Source of the DNA: an uncultured delta proteobacterium
Lineage (GTDB): Bacteria; Desulfobacterota; Desulfomonilia; Desulfomonilales; Desulfomonilaceae
Direction of reading: 5' to 3'
Length of the DNA: 64,000 nucleotides
Assembly: GCA_963789265.1 (NCBI GenBank)
Contig: CAWBKB010000001.1
Location: forward strand, 1,568,001 to 1,632,000
Within the stretch, counting starts at the first letter, position 1. Each line of letters begins with the position of its first letter. The notes beneath the pieces are model-generated. The model was not told the origin of the DNA. It saw only the letters and a program-made list of their open reading frames with translations, and did no database searches. This document shows, one piece after another, positions 61,947 through 64,000 of this stretch. Both the position numbers and the translations under genes were made by a program.

Positions 61947-62332
61947 GCAAGGTAGCCCCAGACGGTCAAGAAAATCACAGCTCCGCCAATCACAAAGAAT
62001 AGAGTACGTATAAGAGTTCGTTTGTCACAGGCGTAGGGTACCAGGGCTAAGGCGAGGAGCACAACCAGGGGAATAATGATTCCCGCGATGATAGGAGGGA
62101 AGTAACGCAGCATTTGCTGGATTCCCACGAAGATCCAAGGGGCCTTGACGTGTTCGGCAGCGAGGCCCGCAGCATCTGCTGGTGCCTTTATTGGAGCGTC
62201 TACCAGAGACGAGAGCAACGCGGCCGCGGCCAAAGTAATCAAGGCTGCAAGTCCTTCCTTGCGAAGAAGATCGGGAACGCTTCGTATTCTGGGATTTTGC
62301 CGCGCGGTCTCTTTTTGCACTGAACACTCCAT
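61943..62332 (-). CDS. Cytochrome b subunit-IV-like membrane protein (ExtQ-like)
   Basis: Three TM segments; DAPIKAPAD..KAPWIFVGIQQML; 4-bp overlap with cytochrome gene. Confidence 0.7.
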   Translation of the reverse strand: MECSVQKETARQNPRIRSVPDLLRKEGLAALITLAAAALLSSLVDAPIKAPADAAGLAAEHVKAPWIFVGIQQMLRYFPPIIAGIIIPLVVLLALALVPYACDKRTLIRTLFFVIGGAVIFLTVWGYLA

Positions 62333-62368
62333 TTCCCAAATGTGGTCTCGCGTTCCGGTACAATAGCT

Positions 62369-62518
62369 GTCATTCTCGCGTATGCGGGAATCCAGACATT
62401 GGCGGACAAGATGCCCACCCTACTATCGCAGGTCGTCGTTACCATGTTCGCGGGAATACATTGTAGGGGCACCTCTAGTGGGTGCCCGCGAGGGGGCAGG
62501 CGCAAGGTCGGCCCCTAC
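62369..62518. repeat. Cluster of REP-like repeats
   Basis: GTCATTCTCGCGTATGCGGGAATCC and GTAGGGGCACC..GGCCCCTAC. Confidence 0.6.
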
Positions 62519-62556
62519 GAACCCTTGAAACGCGAGTGTGCTACGACTGAATAAAT

Positions 62557-63565
62557 TTACTCTTTTATAATACGGAATCCTACCGTGCGATAGTAACCTC
62601 GGGGAGATGCCTTGTGGCGGTTCCGAATCCTCTTTGAGGCTTGTACAGAGGCCCACGAGCCTCCTCTTATGTTCTTTTCCTCGCCCAATGCAGGCCCCAC
62701 GGGGTTGCTCGAGGGGCTCTCGTGGTAGTAGTCATGCGAATACCAGTCCAGGCACCATTGCCATACGCTACCTGTTATCCCGGTCACTCCTTTGGCCCCG
62801 TGCACGGCCATGGTCACAGGGACGCTGCATTCCTTCGACAGGATGGCCATAGAGTTACCGGCAGTGTCGGGAGTGCAGAGCAGAGCGGCCTTTTCCCATT
62901 CCGCGGAAGTAGGAAGGCGACCTCCCGCCCACTCGGCATACTCGGCAGCCCCGTACCAGGACACACAAACCATGGGCTTGTCCGCACAGCCTTCTTTGGG
63001 CGTGAAAACTTTGCCGATCTTAACTATAGGACAATCGGGGCTGGTCAGCTTGATCCTTGGGAATCCATCCTTGGAATTCTCTCCCCGCGCGTTGAGAAAA
63101 TCGCAGTATTGCTTTGCTGTGACCTCGTACTTGGCAATGTAGAAATCCTCTATGAAGACCTTGTGAGCCGGACGTTCGTCGGGCCTTCCTTCGCCTTCGG
63201 GGCTCCCCATGTCAAAAGGGCCGGCAGGGATGAGAACCATACCTCTGTACTTTCCAACACCCTCAACTAGATTATTCGCGTCAACCGACGGCGTAGGAGC
63301 GCTGGGTTTGGGAACCGGCTTCAGCTTGGGAGGGAGAGGAACAGATGGACCGCCGGGACAACCGGGCAGCAAGGGGCAGTTGGATATGTTCGGCTCAGAT
63401 TGATCAGCAGACCGGCTCACCAGGCAGAAAGGCGACGAATTCTCGTTCAAGCGGCTCGAATTGTCGCCTGCGGCCCGGCCACCGGTCCAAAGAGGCAGTA
63501 CCGACCGCGATACCCAAACACAGCGCCCAGGTCTTCAGATTCCATTCGGGCGCCGCCAGGTCCAC
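62557..63565 (-). CDS. FGE/sulfatase-modifying-factor domain exported protein; +1 frameshift at about 63503
   Basis: MVLIPAGPFDMGS, DERPAH, YEVT, RLPTSAEWEKAA, VWQWC, RGGSW, GFR; removing one base adds a signal peptide from GTG 63565. Confidence 0.8.
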
Positions 63566-63745
63566 GCAGGCAACTCCATCATTGAGTTGTGGAACCTCAA
63601 ATCGACTTTCGGGGTGGCTCAAATTCCTCACCGGCTCTCTAAGAAGTCCTTTCTATAATGCGAGTCATGAGGGAGCCGCGTCAAGGGCCATTTGTAGTTG
63701 AATCTGTCAGGCGGGGAATCGGACCGAGAAGTAATGCCGAATTGG

Positions 63746-64000
63746 TCAATCCTCGCGCCATCTCCATTCATTCGGGGTGGTGAGTTCAACCTGAATGATC
63801 TCTTCCCAGGAAATGTCGTGCTTTTTAAAGATTTTCTCCAGAACATCTCTGCTCGGAGAGTCCCACCAGCAAAATCGCCTGCCGGACTCCAAGTTGAACC
63901 ACGTCTTCACCCACAGTCCGCTCCGTTCCCGTGCCAGCTCAATCCACTTGGATTCGAGTTTGTCTTTGGGGACGTCAGGCTCACGATGTGTGGACAAATA
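63746..64000 (-). CDS. DUF4242-like small protein (5' end outside window)
   Basis: WVKTWFN..GRRFCWWDSPS..EEIIQV pattern. Confidence 0.5.
   Translation of the reverse strand, partial: YLSTHREPDVPKDKLESKWIELARERSGLWVKTWFNLESGRRFCWWDSPSRDVLEKIFKKHDISWEEIIQVELTTPNEWRWRED

Overview
Gene-dense chromosomal window from an anaerobic deltaproteobacterium-like organism (Desulfomonile-like gene style; inferred, not database-checked). Housekeeping/metabolic genes: ackA with a divergent butyrate-kinase-like/phosphotransacylase fusion, a four-subunit 2-oxoacid:ferredoxin oxidoreductase operon, bioF, suhB, xseA, trmFO, rlpA, coxDE-like MoxR/VWA, three radical SAM genes, an acyl-CoA dehydratase activase, an 11-12-heme cytochrome with a cytochrome b subunit-IV-like partner, and initiator tRNA-Met. 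Mobile DNA: two protein-identical inverted IS1182-family copies, an ISAzo13-family element, a decayed IS1380-family element and many REP-like repeats and MITEs. Two things stand out. (1) An hfsA-hfsB-hfsC-type operon (54971-59637) in which the sensory [FeFe]-hydrogenase domain expected in HfsB is replaced by a membrane Cache-HAMP-degenerate H-box-REC sensor, and the hydrogenase position holds an unknown two-fold repeat protein. (2) Non-autonomous cassettes with IS1182-type ends and TCGT-N3-ACGA boxes that carry different REP cargo, insert into REP hairpins and are themselves targeted by the IS; one splits a hicAB operon. Several isolated +1 frameshifts look like long-read assembly errors. No CRISPR array or rRNA seen. 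All product calls come from motif recognition by eye.
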